A stretch of DNA of 63,966 nt, the filler included, from Reclinomonas americana ATCC 50394 (taxonomy: Eukaryota), in NCBI GenBank assembly GCA_048213135.1. It is 11 parts of 11 records of this genome, joined end to end, with 100 filler letters (N's around TTAATTAATTAA, not from the genome) between each part and the next. Parts side by side here need not be neighbours in the genome. Positions count along the whole stretch, not along the records: positions 60,636 to 63,966 come from AFZH01020985.1; 10 more parts are not named here. One strand, 5' to 3'. Below, one piece after another: positions 61,960-63,966 of the stretch (its first letter is position 1; every line of letters begins with the position of its first letter). The notes below the pieces were generated by a model, which had not been told where the DNA came from, did not search any database, and worked only from the letters and a program-made list of their open reading frames with translations. A program made the position numbers and the translations under genes.

Positions 61960-63966
61960 ATGCGCACGACATTGCTGATTGTCGCTCTCATCGCGCTGGT
62001 GGCGGTTGTCGCCGCTGCCTCGTCGACCACACGCGCTGCAGACAAGTTGCGTTTGTTGAAATGGTTGGGCGGGGTGGGGGGTGCTCAAAGTGATGCGACA
62101 TTTTCCCCTCTCTCTCTCCTCGTTCAGGTACGCCCTGGAGCCGCGAGTGGCGCCCGAGTATGCGCACTCGGCTGATGGACAGCGCACAGTGCACGCGCTC
62201 TCAGAGGTAAGAGAGAGCGTGTGTTAGGGTGAGTGGCTCGGTCAGTTTGATCATTTTTTTGTGTTGTTCGCTTAGGGCGCCGCGGAGCGTCCTCGCGCAG
62301 TGGCACCGATGCCGAAAGGCTGGCAAGTGACCACTGAAAGCCGCGCCGATGCCGAGAACAACCTGCGCTCGCTCAACATGCGCTTCACCATTGCACTCAA
62401 GCAGCGCAATGTCGACACGCTGCGAGTTGCGTGCTGCGATCGCTGCGACGGGTATGCATGAAGACTCATCTCCGTGCATGCATGCTACAGGCGGATTTCT
62501 GGGAGATCTCCGACCCCAAGTCGCCTCGTTATGGAGAGCATTACTCGTTTGATGCACTTACCAAGTTGGTGAGCTCCTCCAAGGAGACCATTCAGGCGGT
62601 GCAGCAGTGGGTCGAGGCGCACGGTGGACTGGCGGAGCTGACGCCGAGCCGCGATTTCATGACGGTGTTGATGCCCGTCGCCAATGTCGAGACCCTCCTG
62701 CAAGTGCGCTTCCAGGTGTTTGATCACCCCGAGACCAGTTGCGCCGAGTGACCTTGCGCTGTGTTGTGTTGTTGGTGCTGACGCTGCGATGCAGACCGCC
62801 GTGCCATCCGCACTCGCGATGTGTACACGGTGCCGCAGTCGATCGCCCCGCACATTGATTTCGTGGGCGACATTGTGCGCTTCCCCAGTTGCGTCGTCTG
62901 CGCGCTCTCTTGTGTGCTGCATGATCTCTCACGCTCGGTTGTCGCAGAGCTGCCGAACCGCGTGCCCGAGTACCCGCCGACCGTGGCAGAGTTGGATGCG
63001 CAGGCGCGTTCCACTGCCCCCACCACTCGCGACGCTCAGGCGATACCGTACATTTTCGGCCTCAAGTTACGCAGCTCACAGCCCGACCACACTGTGTGTG
63101 CTGTGCGCACTCAATAATTGACATTGCGTGCCACAGGTCGGGTGCCAACCAGATTCTGTACTCGTTCGCCCCGCAGTGCGCCGACAACTCCTTCGCTGTC
63201 TTCGACTCGACGACGCAGACGCTGTGTGCCAACGTCGGTAACGCCATCACCACCGCGACGCTCGGCGCCGACGCGCAGGGCACCGCCAGTCCGACACCGA
63301 TGGCGCTCCCGCTGCAAATGTCCAACTGCGTGCAGTTGCGTCCAAGGAAAGGGAGGGATTGTGTATCCGAGCAGGTACTGACTGTGTGTGCAGGTGCTCG
63401 ACGCTGCCGTCGTGCCCTGGCTTCAAGAGCGCCAGTGGCTGCCAGGACAACTCCGCAATTTGCTCGCTGATCCTCAAGGGCGTTCCCAACAACGTACCCG
63501 TGTTCCCCTACATGTCGGTGCAGTACAACAATGGCCAGAGCGAAGTCAAGTACTACGGCACCTCGCAGTCTCCCAAGGTCTCTCAACCTGCCTGTACCTG
63601 ATTCACTGTGGCGTGTGCGCATGGGTGAACTCACGAAACTCGTGTCAGATGCAAATCCAAGTCACCGACTGGACGACCCCGCAGTCCATCCAGCAGCTGT
63701 ACCGCATTCCGACCGGCATTCGTGGCTCCAACCCGAAGAACTCGATGGTGATGCTCGCGCACTCACTCACTCACGCGCATCACGTCAAGAGAGCCTTGTC
63801 ACTCACTCTTTTGCTGTTGGTGGTGGTGCAGTCGGTTGCCGAGTTCCTGCAGCAATTCTACAGCCCCGACGAACTGCAGGTGTTCTTCACCTACTTTGGA
63901 CTGCCGAAGAACCTGGCCAACAGCGTCACCCTCATTGGCCCCAACGACGCCACCAAACCCGGCGGC
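61960..63966 (+). CDS. TPP1: Tripeptidyl-peptidase I / sedolisin (S53) precursor, 3' partial, at least 10 exons
   Basis: Signal peptide; prodomain FTIALKQRNVDTL...ISDPKSPRYGEH...HIDFVGDIVRFP; catalytic domain start TTPQSIQQLYRIP, SVAEFLQQFYSPDELQVFF, GPNDATKPGG. Confidence 0.9.

Noticed and set aside
1..63966. tRNA, rRNA or snRNA genes; alternative genetic code
   Set aside because: None recognised by eye; conserved genes translate with the standard code and end in TAA, TGA or TAG

Overview
Intron-rich, gene-dense eukaryotic (protist-like; taxon not identifiable from sequence alone) scaffold made of 11 contigs joined by artificial 100-nt spacers (N44-TTAATTAATTAA-N44). Splicing by hand gives about 20 genes: a WD40 protein, a multipass membrane protein, a ~10.6 kb gene with a degenerate kinesin motor, Arf (exon 1), WDR75, a FYR-domain protein, a class-3 lipase, TMF1-like golgin, condensin CAP-H, COQ4, TIP30/HTATIP2, RPS19, RPL21, two head-to-head TALE homeobox genes, glycogen phosphorylase, an FN3-like surface protein, DHX34 and a TPP1/sedolisin. 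There are also two non-autonomous CAC-ended TIR transposons. Most notable: (1) about 30 introns use a +1-shifted 5' splice site (GTTGCG/GTTGAG/GTTNCG, conserved G at +6 rather than +5), almost always after exons that do not end in G; (2) a divergent KNOX-like + BELL-like TALE pair arranged like a fungal HD1/HD2 mating-type locus; (3) an array of 22 symmetric phase-1 microexons in TMF1; (4) a pseudo-kinesin that has lost its P-loop and switch motifs. All gene models are manual and lack RNA support; counts are hand counts.
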